A model generated the notes under the pieces. It was given only the letters and a program-made list of their open reading frames with translations. It made no database searches and had not been told where the DNA came from. Shown in pieces: positions 46,685 through 56,873 of a stretch of DNA of 64,000 bases. Origin of the DNA: Candidatus Latescibacterota bacterium (GTDB taxonomy: Bacteria > Krumholzibacteriota > Krumholzibacteriia > WVZY01 > JAKEHA01); the NCBI GenBank assembly GCA_963707635.1, contig OY970173.1, forward strand, positions 2,976,001 through 3,040,000. The letters are read 5' to 3'. A program made the position numbers and the translations under genes. The stretch's first letter is position 1. Each line of letters starts with the position of its first letter.

Positions 46685-48028
46685 TTAGCTGTTCTTCGGC
46701 GGCGCGGCCGTGACCATGGTCCGGTTGTCGTTGCGCAGATACTGCTTCGCCACGCGCTGAATATCCTGCACGGTCACCGCGAGGTAACGATCCAGGTCGC
46801 TATTGATCGCGGAGAGGTCGTTGTGCAGCCAGATGTAGTGGTGGATGGCCTCCGCCTTGCCCATCACGGTCTGGCGCGAGCTCACGAAATCCGTTTTCAG
46901 CTTCGTCTTCGCCTTCTGCAGCTCTTCCGCCGTGATGCCTTCGTTCTTGATCTTCTCGACCTCTTCGTCCATGAGCTTCCCGCACGTCTCGATATCCACG
47001 CCCGCGTTGGACGCGATGATCAGGCGAAACTCGCTCGGTCCCATGCGTCCATCGACGAACCCGAAGCAGCCGAACGCGGCCTCCTCGTCCTTGACCAGAC
47101 GCTTGTGCAGACGGCTCGACTCCCCGTCGATGAGGAGCGAGTTGAGCATCTCCAGCGCGGGCGAGTCGGCGTGCGCGTGGGGTGGAATCTGGTAGGTGGC
47201 GAACAGCGCGGGGACGTTGGCCTTGGGCGAGTCCACCAGTTTGCGCCGCTCGCCCTTGTTGAACGGCTCGTCCCACGCCGGGAACTTGCTGGGCTGGCCG
47301 GCGGGGATGGCGCCGAAGTACTGCTTCGCGAGCTCCATTGCCTTCTTGGGCTCGATGTCGCCGACGATGACGAGCACCGCGTTCGCCGGGCAGTAGTAGC
47401 GGTTGAAGAAGGCCTGGACGTCTTCGACCTTGGCCGCGTCCAGATCGTCCATGCTGCCGATCACGGTGTGGTCGTACGGCCAGCCGTCGTATCCGAGTGT
47501 GTCGGAAACGAGGAACGCTTCCCCGTAGGGCTGGTTGTCGATGCCCTGCCGGCGCTCTTCCTTCACAGTTTCGCGCTGGTTCTCGAACTTCTCGGAGGTG
47601 ACGACCAGCGAACGCATCCGATCCGCTTCCAGCCACAACCCCATGTTGAGGCGATTCGAGGGCAGCGTTTCGAAGTAGTTGGTCCGGTCCGTGTTGGTGG
47701 AGCCGTTGAGCGTGCCCCCCGACTCGGAGACGTACTTCATGTGGTCGCCCTTGGCCACGTTCTCCGAGCCCTGGAACATCATGTGTTCGAACAGGTGCGC
47801 GAAGCCGCTGCGGCCCTTCTCCTCATTGGCGCTCCCGACGTGATACCAGACGTTGACTGCGACGACCGGCACCGAGTGGTCCTCGGAAAGCACGACGCGC
47901 AGGCCGTTGTCGAGCTTGTGCTCTTCGTATTGAATCTCCCCGGCGGCCGCTTGCTTCTTGCCGTAGCCGGTGGTGGCAAACATGACACCGACGGCCACGC
48001 ACATTGCTGCCCAGATAAGGCGCTTCAT
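46685..48028 (-). CDS. M16B (pitrilysin family) zinc peptidase, catalytic subunit
   Basis: LDNGLRV, WYHVGS, GFAHLFEHMMF (HXXEH), D.TNY, LEADRM. Confidence 0.94.
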   Translation of the reverse strand: MKRLIWAAMCVAVGVMFATTGYGKKQAAAGEIQYEEHKLDNGLRVVLSEDHSVPVVAVNVWYHVGSANEEKGRSGFAHLFEHMMFQGSENVAKGDHMKYVSESGGTLNGSTNTDRTNYFETLPSNRLNMGLWLEADRMRSLVVTSEKFENQRETVKEERRQGIDNQPYGEAFLVSDTLGYDGWPYDHTVIGSMDDLDAAKVEDVQAFFNRYYCPANAVLVIVGDIEPKKAMELAKQYFGAIPAGQPSKFPAWDEPFNKGERRKLVDSPKANVPALFATYQIPPHAHADSPALEMLNSLLIDGESSRLHKRLVKDEEAAFGCFGFVDGRMGPSEFRLIIASNAGVDIETCGKLMDEEVEKIKNEGITAEELQKAKTKLKTDFVSSRQTVMGKAEAIHHYIWLHNDLSAINSDLDRYLAVTVQDIQRVAKQYLRNDNRTMVTAAPPKNS

Positions 48029-48313
48029 GCCTCCATTACCTCCGCATGTCGTTGAATCCAGAATAACGCCCCCGAAAACCGTGCACGATGAGGGAAAGGC
48101 GGGTTGGGTGCGCGGGTTGGTTGTCGCCAGATATATCCCAAAACGCCCCCTGCGTCAACCGCGCAGGGGACGTTTCGGGCGGTTTGAGTGACTCCAGGGC
48201 ACTCTACGGAAGAACCGGGTGCCGAGTTTCAGGGCATGGACGCCCCGGCCCGTCACTTGCAACGGCTACCATGCGACCCGCCCTCACCGGGCGCCCTTCG
48301 GGAGGAACCGCCA

Positions 48314-48853
48314 ATGAGACGATGCTTCGTACTTGCACTCGTGCTGGCTGGGTGCTCGGAACCCGCCACGACCGGGGATCCAGTCCGCAAGGCACCCGAG
48401 ACCAAGGTCGCCACTCGCCAGATCGCGAGCGAGCCGGCCCAATCGCCCCGGCCGGCCCAAGTGTCCCGGAATGTCACCGACGTTAAAGAGTTCGAGCGTT
48501 GCATCGCCGACCTCGCCGACGCCTGCGAGTACCGAATGGCCGGACGATACCAGCGCGCGAACGCCCGCGTTCGTTCCGCGATGGAGCAGGAGATCGCGCG
48601 GGCGCAGGCCGGCCGCGAGAGCCGCGCGGCGGCGGAACGGTCCCAGGAGATGAAACGGATCGGCGACGCCTCGGCCGAGCTGGTCGACGATATCGCGCGC
48701 GGAAACCAAAACGCGATGGAGAAGAACCTCGAACTGGCGCGCGAGTTCCTTTCACTCATGCGCGCCGACGCGGGCGCGAACGTCGTGGCGCGGCGGGAAG
48801 ACAAGGTCGAACGGCGCGAAGACCGGCGCGAGCGCCGCACCGACGGCCGCTAG
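48314..48853 (+). CDS. Hypothetical helical lipoprotein
   Basis: GGAGG RBS and lipobox MRRCFVLALVLAGC. Confidence 0.7.
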   Translation: MRRCFVLALVLAGCSEPATTGDPVRKAPETKVATRQIASEPAQSPRPAQVSRNVTDVKEFERCIADLADACEYRMAGRYQRANARVRSAMEQEIARAQAGRESRAAAERSQEMKRIGDASAELVDDIARGNQNAMEKNLELAREFLSLMRADAGANVVARREDKVERREDRRERRTDGR

Positions 48854-50976
48854 ACGACGTTGACCCTCACGTCGACCACGCGGCAGCCGGCGCGGTCGGT
48901 GGTGACGATCACCGGGTTCATGTCCAGCTCGGCGATCCCTTCGACGTCGTGGACGAGTTGCGCCAGCCGGAGGATCGACTCCTCGACGAATTCGATGTCC
49001 ACGCGCGGGTCGCCGCGCACCCCCTCCAGGAGCGGGAACGACCGAACGCTGCGCACCATTTCGCGCGCATCGATGTCGGTCATGGGGAGTACCCGAAACG
49101 CCACGTCGCGCAGAATCTCTACGTAGCGGCCGCCCATTCCGAACATGAGCAACGGGCCGAACTTGGGATCCTGCGCGACGCCCAGGATGACCTCCTTGGA
49201 GCTACCGGCAGCGGCGTTCGCCCCAGCGCCCGCCATCTCCTGCACCATGAAACCGGTCGCGCGCTCGAACACACCCGCGCGCTTGAGCGCCGCCTCCATC
49301 GCGCGCCCCGCCTCGGCAAGCGCGGCCGCGTCGGCGATACCGACGGCGACACCGCCCACGTCGGACTTGTGCACGATGGTTTCGCCGACCACTTTTAGGA
49401 CCACCGGAAACGAAAGACCCCTGGCCGCCGCGCTCACGTCGGCGCCGGCGGGAACGACGGCGTAACGGCAGAGCGGAAACCGGTACGCGTCGAGCAGCGC
49501 GTGGGCGTCGCCCGGAGCCAGGTATCCGCCGCCCGCGCGCCGTTTCTTCTCCACGATCGCGCGCGCGCGGTCCACATCCGCCTCGAACGTTCGCACCTCG
49601 CCGACCGGGCGCGCCCGCCAGAGCCGGTAGCGGTTCATGTGCTGCGCCACCTTGACCGCATCCTCGGGGAACCGGTAGATCGGAACCGCCCGCTCGACCT
49701 CGCGCGGAATGCGCGCGTAGTACGCCTCTTCCGCCATCAACACGGAGTAGACCGACTTGCCGCGCGCGCGCGCCACCTTCGTGATACGGCGGATCACCTC
49801 CAGCGGCTCCACCATCAGCGGCGGAACGAAGATCGGAATCACGATATCGACGCCGTCGTCGGCCAGCACGAGGTCGAGCACCCGCTCGTACTGGTCGGGG
49901 CCCGCGCTCGCGATCATGTCGACGGGATTCTCCACGCTCGCCTCGGCCGGCAGGACGGACCGCAAGCCGGTTTTCGTTTTTTCCGACAGCGCGGCGATCT
50001 GGAGCCCGTGTCCGTCCGCCGCGTCCACCGCCATGATCGCCGGCCCACCGGCGTTGGTGACCAGACACAGCCGGTTGCCACCGGGCACCGGGGCCCCCAC
50101 GAAACCGGCGACCGCGTGGATCATTTCCTCGATGCTCGAGACCCGGTTGACTCCGCACTGCTGCAGCAGCGCCTCGGAGGCGACCTCGAGACCGGCCAGC
50201 GATCCGGTGTGCGACGAGGCGGCGCGGGCGCCGGCCGCGGAGGAGCCGGACTTCACCACCAGGATGGGTTTGCGGCGCGTGATCCGCTTCGACAATTCCG
50301 TGAACCGCCGGGGATCGCCGAACGATTCCAGGTACATCGCGATGATCTGCGTGTCGGGGTCGTTCTCCCAGTACTCGAGCAGGTCCATCGCGCCGACGTC
50401 CGCCTTGTTGCCCACGCTCGCGAAATAGGAGAAGCCAAGGCCGAGCTTCTGCACCGCCAAGAGAATGGCGACGCCGAGCGCTCCGCTCTGGGTCATGAAG
50501 GCCACCGTGCCGGTCGGCGGAATCCCGGGTGAGAAGGTGGCGTTCATGCGCACCGCGGGGGTGGCGTCGATCACGCCCATGCAGTTGGGGCCGATCATGC
50601 GCATACCGTAGCGGCGGGCGATCTCGATGATGGCGTCCTCGCGCTTCGCCCCCTCTTCCCCCGTTTCCCGGAAGCCCGCCGTGATGATGACGAGTCCCTT
50701 GACCCCCTTGCGCCCGCACTCCTCGACGACCCCCTGGACGTGAGCCGCCGGGACGACGATGACCGCGAGATCCACCGGGTCGGGAATCGCCTCGACCGAC
50801 GGGTACGACTTGGTGCTGTGGATGAACTCGTGGCGCGGGTTCACCGGGAACACCTTGCCGTTGAACTCGTACGCGAAGAGGTTGTTCAGGATCTCGCGCC
50901 CGATGCTCCCCGGTCGCGGGGTGGCGCCGACGATCGCGATCGAGCGGGGCTTGAAGATGGAATCGAGGGTGTGCAT
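48850..50976 (-). CDS. ADP-forming acetate/acyl-CoA ligase, fused alpha-beta
   Basis: PRSIAIVGA, GPNCMG, QSGA, YLES, SSHTGSLAG (phospho-His), NPVD, HKSDVGGV, ELDMNP. No GNAT domain. Confidence 0.92.
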   Translation of the reverse strand: MHTLDSIFKPRSIAIVGATPRPGSIGREILNNLFAYEFNGKVFPVNPRHEFIHSTKSYPSVEAIPDPVDLAVIVVPAAHVQGVVEECGRKGVKGLVIITAGFRETGEEGAKREDAIIEIARRYGMRMIGPNCMGVIDATPAVRMNATFSPGIPPTGTVAFMTQSGALGVAILLAVQKLGLGFSYFASVGNKADVGAMDLLEYWENDPDTQIIAMYLESFGDPRRFTELSKRITRRKPILVVKSGSSAAGARAASSHTGSLAGLEVASEALLQQCGVNRVSSIEEMIHAVAGFVGAPVPGGNRLCLVTNAGGPAIMAVDAADGHGLQIAALSEKTKTGLRSVLPAEASVENPVDMIASAGPDQYERVLDLVLADDGVDIVIPIFVPPLMVEPLEVIRRITKVARARGKSVYSVLMAEEAYYARIPREVERAVPIYRFPEDAVKVAQHMNRYRLWRARPVGEVRTFEADVDRARAIVEKKRRAGGGYLAPGDAHALLDAYRFPLCRYAVVPAGADVSAAARGLSFPVVLKVVGETIVHKSDVGGVAVGIADAAALAEAGRAMEAALKRAGVFERATGFMVQEMAGAGANAAAGSSKEVILGVAQDPKFGPLLMFGMGGRYVEILRDVAFRVLPMTDIDAREMVRSVRSFPLLEGVRGDPRVDIEFVEESILRLAQLVHDVEGIAELDMNPVIVTTDRAGCRVVDVRVNVV

Positions 50977-50991
50977 CTGCGTCCGTGCGCT

Positions 50992-51438
50992 TCAGTGGCT
51001 CCGGGGCGGGTGGGCGGCACCGCGCCGAACCTGCTCCACCAGCTCGCGAACCTTGCTTTCGATCTCGCCGCGCACGCGTCGAAACACGGTGAGCGACTTG
51101 CCGACCGGGTCCTCGATCTTCCAGTCCACGGTTTTTCCCTTGAAGCCGCGGGGCACCAGCGCCGCCGCCCGCACGGGCGCCATCGACACCACGATGTCCA
51201 TCTCCCCCACCGGCACGGCGTCGAGGCCGTTGGAGCGCTGGCGCGAAATGTCGATCTTGAGCTCGCGCATGATCTCGATCGCGTCCTCGCTGATGACCCC
51301 GGTCGGGTTGGTGCCCGCGCTGTAGATCTCGAGGACGTCGTGGCCGAACTTGCGCGCGAACCCCTCCGCCATCGGCGACCGGCACATGTTGCCGATGCAC
51401 ACGAAAAGCACGCGGGTCTTGGTTGCGGGATGACTCAT
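50992..51438 (-). CDS. LMW-PTP/ArsC-fold phosphatase
   Basis: VLFVCIGNMCRSPMAEG P-loop, SAGT, W.IEDP. Confidence 0.88.
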   Translation of the reverse strand: MSHPATKTRVLFVCIGNMCRSPMAEGFARKFGHDVLEIYSAGTNPTGVISEDAIEIMRELKIDISRQRSNGLDAVPVGEMDIVVSMAPVRAAALVPRGFKGKTVDWKIEDPVGKSLTVFRRVRGEIESKVRELVEQVRRGAAHPPRSH

Positions 51439-51469
51439 CGAAGCAGGTGCGATGACCGCGGACACCCTA

Positions 51470-52216
51470 TCACGACTTCACGCCGCGATACAATCCCGCG
51501 ATGCCGGCCGTGAGCCGGCGCGACTCCACGCGCTGGAGTCCGGCCGCGGTGAGCAATGCCTCCACCGCGGACGGGTCCAGGAATTCCCGGATGGACGCAG
51601 CGAGATACCCGTAGGCCTCGCCGGAACCGGAAATGAGTCGTCCGGCAAGCGGGAGGAAGGTGGCGAGATACGCCCGGTAGGCGAGCAGCGCCGCGCCGCG
51701 CGGCGGCAGGAATTCGAGCACCACCAGCCGTCCCCCGGGGCGGAGAACGCGCGTCATCTCGGCGACTCCGCGCCCGTAGTCCGGGAGGTTGCGCAGCCCG
51801 AACGCGATCGTGACCACGTCGAACGACTCGTTCGCGAACGGTAGCAACAACGCGTCGCCTTCGACGAGGCGGACGCGGCCGGCAAGCCCGGCGCGCTCGA
51901 GCTTGGCGCGCCCGACGTCGAGCATGCCGGGAGAAAGGTCGACACCGGTGATCGAACCGGGCCGCGCGCGGCGAACGAATTCGATCGCGACGTCGGCGGT
52001 GCCGGTCGCCACGTCGAGGACGTCGTCGCCCCCGCGCGCCTCCGTGCTGCCAACCAGCGCCCGCCGCCAGCGGCGATCGATGTTGCCGCTCAACACGTGA
52101 TTGAGAAGGTCGTAGCGCCGTGAGATCGCGCTGAACATTCGCGGCGTGCGCGTCTTGTCCGCCACCGTCGCCGCGACCGTGCGCTGCTCGAAACCGGGCT
52201 CGGCCAGCGGTGTCAT
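51470..52216 (-). CDS. menG: UbiE/MenG family C-methyltransferase
   Basis: MFSAISRRYDLLNHVLS, LDVATGTAD, GDALLLPF, FGLRN, RVLRPGG, AY.YL..SI. Confidence 0.88.
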   Translation of the reverse strand: MTPLAEPGFEQRTVAATVADKTRTPRMFSAISRRYDLLNHVLSGNIDRRWRRALVGSTEARGGDDVLDVATGTADVAIEFVRRARPGSITGVDLSPGMLDVGRAKLERAGLAGRVRLVEGDALLLPFANESFDVVTIAFGLRNLPDYGRGVAEMTRVLRPGGRLVVLEFLPPRGAALLAYRAYLATFLPLAGRLISGSGEAYGYLAASIREFLDPSAVEALLTAAGLQRVESRRLTAGIAGLYRGVKS

Positions 52217-53406
52217 TTCGCCACCAGCCGGTAGATCCTAGTGGGTCCGCCCGAGGGGTCGTGGGCGCACAGGTAAAGCTCATCCTGCTCGTCGAGCCCG
52301 AAGGTCGAGATCAGGATGCTGGTGTCAACCAGAAGACGGTTCTCGGGCTCGCCCCCGTCGGCGCGCAGCGCCCACACCCGCCCGCTGCCATAGTCCGCGT
52401 AGACGTACCACCCCACCAGCTCGGGCAGCGCCTTGCCGCGGTACACATAGCCGCCGGTGACGCTGATGCCTTCCGTGCGGCCGTACGCCCACACCGGGTC
52501 GGCGAAGCCGCTCGTGCCCGCGCACGATCCGGCGCGCTGGTCCGCGGGCTCGTACGGGTGCAGGCCCTCGCGACAGTCCCAGCCGTAGTTCTTGCCGGCT
52601 TCGATCCGGTCGATCTCTTCCCACGTCACCTGTCCGACGTCACCGGCCCACAGCGCTCCGGTTGCGCGGTCGAAGGAGAAGCGCCACGGGTTGCGAAGCC
52701 CCCACGCGTAGATCTCTTCTTTCCAACCCTGGGAGTTCCCTTTGAACGGATTGTCGGCCGGAATCGCGTAGCGCTTGCCGCTCACGTCGAGGCGGAGGAT
52801 CTTCCCCAAGAGCGACGCGCGATTCTGGGCGTTGCCTTGCGGGTCGCCGGCGGAGCCGCCGTCCCCGAGCGCCACGTACAGAAACCCGTCGGGGCCGAAC
52901 GCGATCTGGCCGCCATTGTGATTCGAGTACGGCTGTGTGACCTCGAGCAGGATTTCTTCGCTCGGCGGGTCGGCCGCGTTGGGGTAGGGGCCCACCGTGA
53001 AGCGCGACACCCGGGTAATGCGTTTGGTCCATTTCGACGCGGTGTAGTCGACGAAGAAGGCGTGGGTGCGCGCGAAGTCCGGGTGGAACGCGAGCCCGAG
53101 CATTCCCATTTCGTTGCCGTCGGTGTTGACGCGATCGTGAATGTCGAGGAATACCCCCATCGTGCGGGTCCCCGGCTGGTTCGCGAACACGTGGATCATC
53201 CCCTCCTGCTCCACCACGAAGAGACGATTCGTCCCGTCACGCGCCGGCTGGAGGTCGACCGGGCGGTGAAACTCGAGGTAAGGGAAGGCGTCGACGATAT
53301 CGTGGGAGGGATCACCCACGGGCCTCTCCGCGCGGGCCGGCTGGAATGCGAGTGCCCCCGTCGTCTCCGCGAGTATCAGCACGGCGAGGGCGACGCGCAC
53401 GCTCAC
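52213..53406 (-). CDS. PQQ-dependent sugar dehydrogenase (glucose/sorbosone DH family), secreted
   Basis: RLFVVEQ, GMLGLAFHP, NHNGG, GDGG, GKILR, GLRNPWR, DVGQ, NYGW, SVTGG. GTG start overlaps the upstream stop. Confidence 0.9.
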   Translation of the reverse strand: MSVRVALAVLILAETTGALAFQPARAERPVGDPSHDIVDAFPYLEFHRPVDLQPARDGTNRLFVVEQEGMIHVFANQPGTRTMGVFLDIHDRVNTDGNEMGMLGLAFHPDFARTHAFFVDYTASKWTKRITRVSRFTVGPYPNAADPPSEEILLEVTQPYSNHNGGQIAFGPDGFLYVALGDGGSAGDPQGNAQNRASLLGKILRLDVSGKRYAIPADNPFKGNSQGWKEEIYAWGLRNPWRFSFDRATGALWAGDVGQVTWEEIDRIEAGKNYGWDCREGLHPYEPADQRAGSCAGTSGFADPVWAYGRTEGISVTGGYVYRGKALPELVGWYVYADYGSGRVWALRADGGEPENRLLVDTSILISTFGLDEQDELYLCAHDPSGGPTRIYRLVAK

Positions 53407-54644
53407 GGGGTCACCTCGGTCTGCACGATCCGGAAGAGCGAAGTGGGCGTTCCGTTGCTCTGATACTCCGCCACAAACAGCTCTCCGTTTTCCGCCACAC
53501 CGAAGGTCGATATCGCGAAGCCGGCTGCCTTCAGTTCGACATTCACCGGCGGAGCCCCATAAGTGAGGGCCCACACGCGGCCGGAACCGTAGTCGGCGTA
53601 GACGTACTTGCCCACGAGCGAGGTGAGCGTGGGTCCGCGGTACACGTACCCGCCAGTGACCGAGTATCCCTGCGAGCGCGGATAATCGATCACAGGATCG
53701 ATCAAGCCGGAAGCGGTCGCGCACGCGGGCGACGGGTTGTCCGGCGGCCCGGTGTAAGCAATGAACCCCTCACGGCAATCCCATCCGTAGTTGCCGCCGC
53801 TCACGATGATGTCGACTTCCTCCCGCGCGCCCTGGCCGACGTCGCCGGCCCAGAGGCGGTCAGTGGGGGCGTCGTAATTGATTCGCCACGGGTTCCGCAT
53901 TCCCCACGCGTAGATCTCCTCGCGGTACCCGCTCGAGTTCCCGACGAACGGGTTGTCCGCCGGAATCCCGTAGTAGGGGACCGTATTGACATTCTGGTTC
54001 ACGTCGAAGCGCAGGATTTTTCCGTACACCACTCCCCGGTTCTGCGCGTTTTCGTCCGGGTCACCCCCTCCCCCTTCGTCCCCGACGCCGAGGCACAGGT
54101 ACCCGTCGCCGTCGAAGCACAGCCCGCCGCCGTTGTGGTTTGAATAGTCCTGCCGGAATTCGAGCAGGATCTTCTCGCTCGCCGGATCGGCCACATCGGG
54201 GTCGCCGGCGCTCACGCTGAAGCGCGACAACCGCGACATGAGCGACGTCGTCGTTACCGTGTAATAGACGAAGAAGAACCCGTTGGACTCGTACTGGGGA
54301 TGGAACGCCAGTCCGAGCAGTCCCAACTCGCTGCAGCAGTCCACGTCCACGGACAGAAACTCGGCTGAGGACGTCGCGCCGGCGTCGTTGTCGAACACAC
54401 GGATGAAGCCGTTCTGCTCCACGACGAACAGGCGATTCGTCCCGTCGCCCGCGTTCTGGATGTCGACGGGGCGCGAGAAGGTGAGATTCGGGAACGCGTC
54501 GACCAGGTCGTAGGTGTAGTCGGAGGGCGGCGGCGGCGGAAAGCCGCCACAATCCTCACACGTCGCCGGGTCGTCACAGGACACAACCCACAGCACGCCG
54601 ACCAGCGCCAGCGACGAAGCGAGAGCGAGCAGGACTCTTTTCAC
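53403..54644 (-). CDS. PQQ-dependent sugar dehydrogenase paralog, lipoprotein
   Basis: Lipobox VVSC and the same family motifs (NHNGG, GMRNPWR, DVGQ, NYGWDCREG). Confidence 0.9.
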   Translation of the reverse strand: MKRVLLALASSLALVGVLWVVSCDDPATCEDCGGFPPPPPSDYTYDLVDAFPNLTFSRPVDIQNAGDGTNRLFVVEQNGFIRVFDNDAGATSSAEFLSVDVDCCSELGLLGLAFHPQYESNGFFFVYYTVTTTSLMSRLSRFSVSAGDPDVADPASEKILLEFRQDYSNHNGGGLCFDGDGYLCLGVGDEGGGGDPDENAQNRGVVYGKILRFDVNQNVNTVPYYGIPADNPFVGNSSGYREEIYAWGMRNPWRINYDAPTDRLWAGDVGQGAREEVDIIVSGGNYGWDCREGFIAYTGPPDNPSPACATASGLIDPVIDYPRSQGYSVTGGYVYRGPTLTSLVGKYVYADYGSGRVWALTYGAPPVNVELKAAGFAISTFGVAENGELFVAEYQSNGTPTSLFRIVQTEVTP

Positions 54645-55339
54645 TGGGCACCTCCATCGCACCAGCGGTCGAGGAGCGACGCGAGCAACCGGTGCGGAGC
54701 ATTGAAGTCGACGCGGCCATCCACCATCTCGTCGCGCGCCTGGACGAACGGACCCGGCGCCAGATCCGACTCGCCGTGGCGAATCATCTCCGCGATGCCT
54801 TCCCTCGTCACCTCGAGGTGAAACTGGAGCGCGACCACCCGTTCCCCCACGGCGAACATCTGGTGATCGCAGGCCGCGCTGCGCGCGAGGTGCACGGCCC
54901 CCGCGGGGAGATCGAAGGTCTCGCCGTGCCAGTGAAACGCGCGGACTGCGCCCGGGAGACGAAACCACGCGTGGGCAGCGCCCGCGTCGGTCGGGCTCAC
55001 CGGGAACCAACCGATCTCCCGCTCACGGCTGCGATACACGCGCGCGCCCAGCACGTCCGCCACCAGCTGCGCGCCGAGACAGACGCCGAGCACCGGCTTG
55101 CCGGCGGCGATCACGCTCTCGATGAGCCGCTTCTCGGGCGCGAGCCATGCGTGCCGCGCTTCGTCGCGCACGCTCATCGGGCCGCCCATGACGACGAGGG
55201 CGTCGAGCGCGTCGGCGCGCGGGAGCGCCTCGCCCGCGAACAGACGGGTGAGCGCGAACTCGTGGCCCCGCGCGTTCGCCCAGTCGGCGATGTGCCCCGG
55301 CGACTCGAACGCCACGTGTTGCATGACGCCGATGCGCAT
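54641..55339 (-). CDS. Class I glutamine amidotransferase
   Basis: QHVAFE.PG, MGGPMS, LGVCLGAQL, WHGETF, LQFHLE. Confidence 0.92.
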   Translation of the reverse strand: MRIGVMQHVAFESPGHIADWANARGHEFALTRLFAGEALPRADALDALVVMGGPMSVRDEARHAWLAPEKRLIESVIAAGKPVLGVCLGAQLVADVLGARVYRSREREIGWFPVSPTDAGAAHAWFRLPGAVRAFHWHGETFDLPAGAVHLARSAACDHQMFAVGERVVALQFHLEVTREGIAEMIRHGESDLAPGPFVQARDEMVDGRVDFNAPHRLLASLLDRWCDGGAQ

Positions 55340-56148
55340 CAGCGGGGTCGATCGTTGAGCGTCCAGTCGTACTCGAAGAACGCCAGCTTGAAGTCGGCCG
55401 TCTCGAGGTACTTTCGATCCGCCTCACCCACGTATTTCGAGGCAAACGCAGTGACGGCCTTGCGCTGCGTGACGAACCGCTCCTCCGCCGGCGAGGCGGG
55501 CGGCGCGAAGTCCTCCGCAAACCACTCGAAGATCCGCGAGGCCCACACTTCGCCGCTGTCGCGGTCGATTTGAAACTTGCGCAGGTCTGACACGAACACT
55601 TTCGCCTGGTCGTTGAGCTGGTCGTCGAGGGTGACGCCGCGATACGGTTCGTTGCGGAGCTTCGGGCACGAAACCGCCGCGCACACCAGCGCCATGTGGA
55701 TCCGCGGCTCCTTGAAGGCCGCGCGCAGCCGCTCGTGCTCGATCTGGTCGAGCGTGAGCGCCTGCCCCATCACGCGGAATCGCTGCTGGTCCCATACGCC
55801 CGGTATCTGGCCGATGCTGTTCTTCGGAAAACCAGGCTTGGGTTGCGCGGGCGCGATCGGATAGTGATCCACGACCAGCCGCAGAGTGAGCGCGTTGTAG
55901 GCGTTGATCCAGAACGCGATCTTGTCGGGGTCGCTCCACGACGTGTACGTCGCGGGGTCCAGGGCGTCGAGCGAGGCCACGAACGCGTCCAGCGGCGCGC
56001 ACTCGGCCTTCAAGCCCGCGTAGTCGACCAGCCCCTCGCCGTCGACGTACGCCAGCACGGCGGAATAGTCGTCGTACGCGGGCACCTTGGGACTCGGAAC
56101 TCCCGCCGTCGCGGTGACGAGCATCAGTATCTGCAGCGCCAGCATCAT
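55339..56148 (-). CDS. DUF547 domain protein, exported
   Basis: GLVDY, AFWINAYNA, TLDQIEH, EPRIHMALVCAAVSCP.L, IF.WF.EDF, YDWTLN. Confidence 0.9.
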   Translation of the reverse strand: MMLALQILMLVTATAGVPSPKVPAYDDYSAVLAYVDGEGLVDYAGLKAECAPLDAFVASLDALDPATYTSWSDPDKIAFWINAYNALTLRLVVDHYPIAPAQPKPGFPKNSIGQIPGVWDQQRFRVMGQALTLDQIEHERLRAAFKEPRIHMALVCAAVSCPKLRNEPYRGVTLDDQLNDQAKVFVSDLRKFQIDRDSGEVWASRIFEWFAEDFAPPASPAEERFVTQRKAVTAFASKYVGEADRKYLETADFKLAFFEYDWTLNDRPR

Positions 56149-56873
56149 GCGAAACCCCTCCTTCGGGCACGCCGGTACTCGGGATAATACATCAGAATCG
56201 TGCCGATGATCCGGGTTCCCGCGCGAAGCGTTCCTTTCACGGTTCCGGAAATTTTCGACGTTCCGATACGCCGCCGATACCGCACCGGCACCTCGCGAAC
56301 CCGCAGACCCGCGATCAGCGCCTTCGCCAGCATCTCGGCGTTCCAGCCATAGGTGCGGTCGCGCATGTTCAGTTTGAGCAGTGCTTCCCGGCGGATCGCC
56401 CGAAACGGCCCCATGTCGGTGCACCTCGCCCCGTAGAGCAAACGCACCAACGCGCACGCGAGCCGGTTGCCGGCGCGCTGGTTCCACGGCAGTGCGCCGG
56501 GTTCGGCGCCGCCGAGCACCCGCGATCCGATCACGAGATCGGCCTCGCCGGCGGCGATCGGCGCCACCAGCATCGGGAGTTCCTCCGGGTAGTCGGAACG
56601 ATCGGCGTCCAGGATCACCACCACCTCGATGGTCGAATCGGCGCGCGCGATTCCCGCCAGGCAGGCTCTGCCGTACCCGGGAACCGGCTCCTCGACCACG
56701 ACCGCGCCGCGCCCTCTCGCCACCTCCGCGGTCCGGTCCCGGCTGCCGTTGTCGACGACGATCACGACGTGCGCATGCGCGCGGGGAATCTCGTCGAGCA
56801 CCTGCCCGATGGATGCCTCTTCGTTGCGCGCCGGGATGATGACGGCTACGCGCATGGTCGGTCCGTCAGGCAC
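56145..56873 (-). CDS. GT2 glycosyltransferase (polyprenol-phosphate glycosyltransferase-like)
   Basis: IIPARNEE, VDNGS.D.T, GYGRAC, DAD, TDMGPFRAIR, SKISGT. Confidence 0.92.
   Translation of the reverse strand: MPDGPTMRVAVIIPARNEEASIGQVLDEIPRAHAHVVIVVDNGSRDRTAEVARGRGAVVVEEPVPGYGRACLAGIARADSTIEVVVILDADRSDYPEELPMLVAPIAAGEADLVIGSRVLGGAEPGALPWNQRAGNRLACALVRLLYGARCTDMGPFRAIRREALLKLNMRDRTYGWNAEMLAKALIAGLRVREVPVRYRRRIGTSKISGTVKGTLRAGTRIIGTILMYYPEYRRARRRGFA

Noticed and set aside
48030..48313. Riboswitch in the M16/lipoprotein intergenic region
   Set aside because: Only an imperfect hairpin near 48141-48175, with no recognisable aptamer consensus.
50992..51438. Thioredoxin-coupled arsenate reductase ArsC
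   Set aside because: Lacks the two distal resolving cysteines, so called only LMW-PTP/ArsC fold.
51470..52216. ArsM arsenite methyltransferase
   Set aside because: No cysteines, and the motifs are those of UbiE/MenG.
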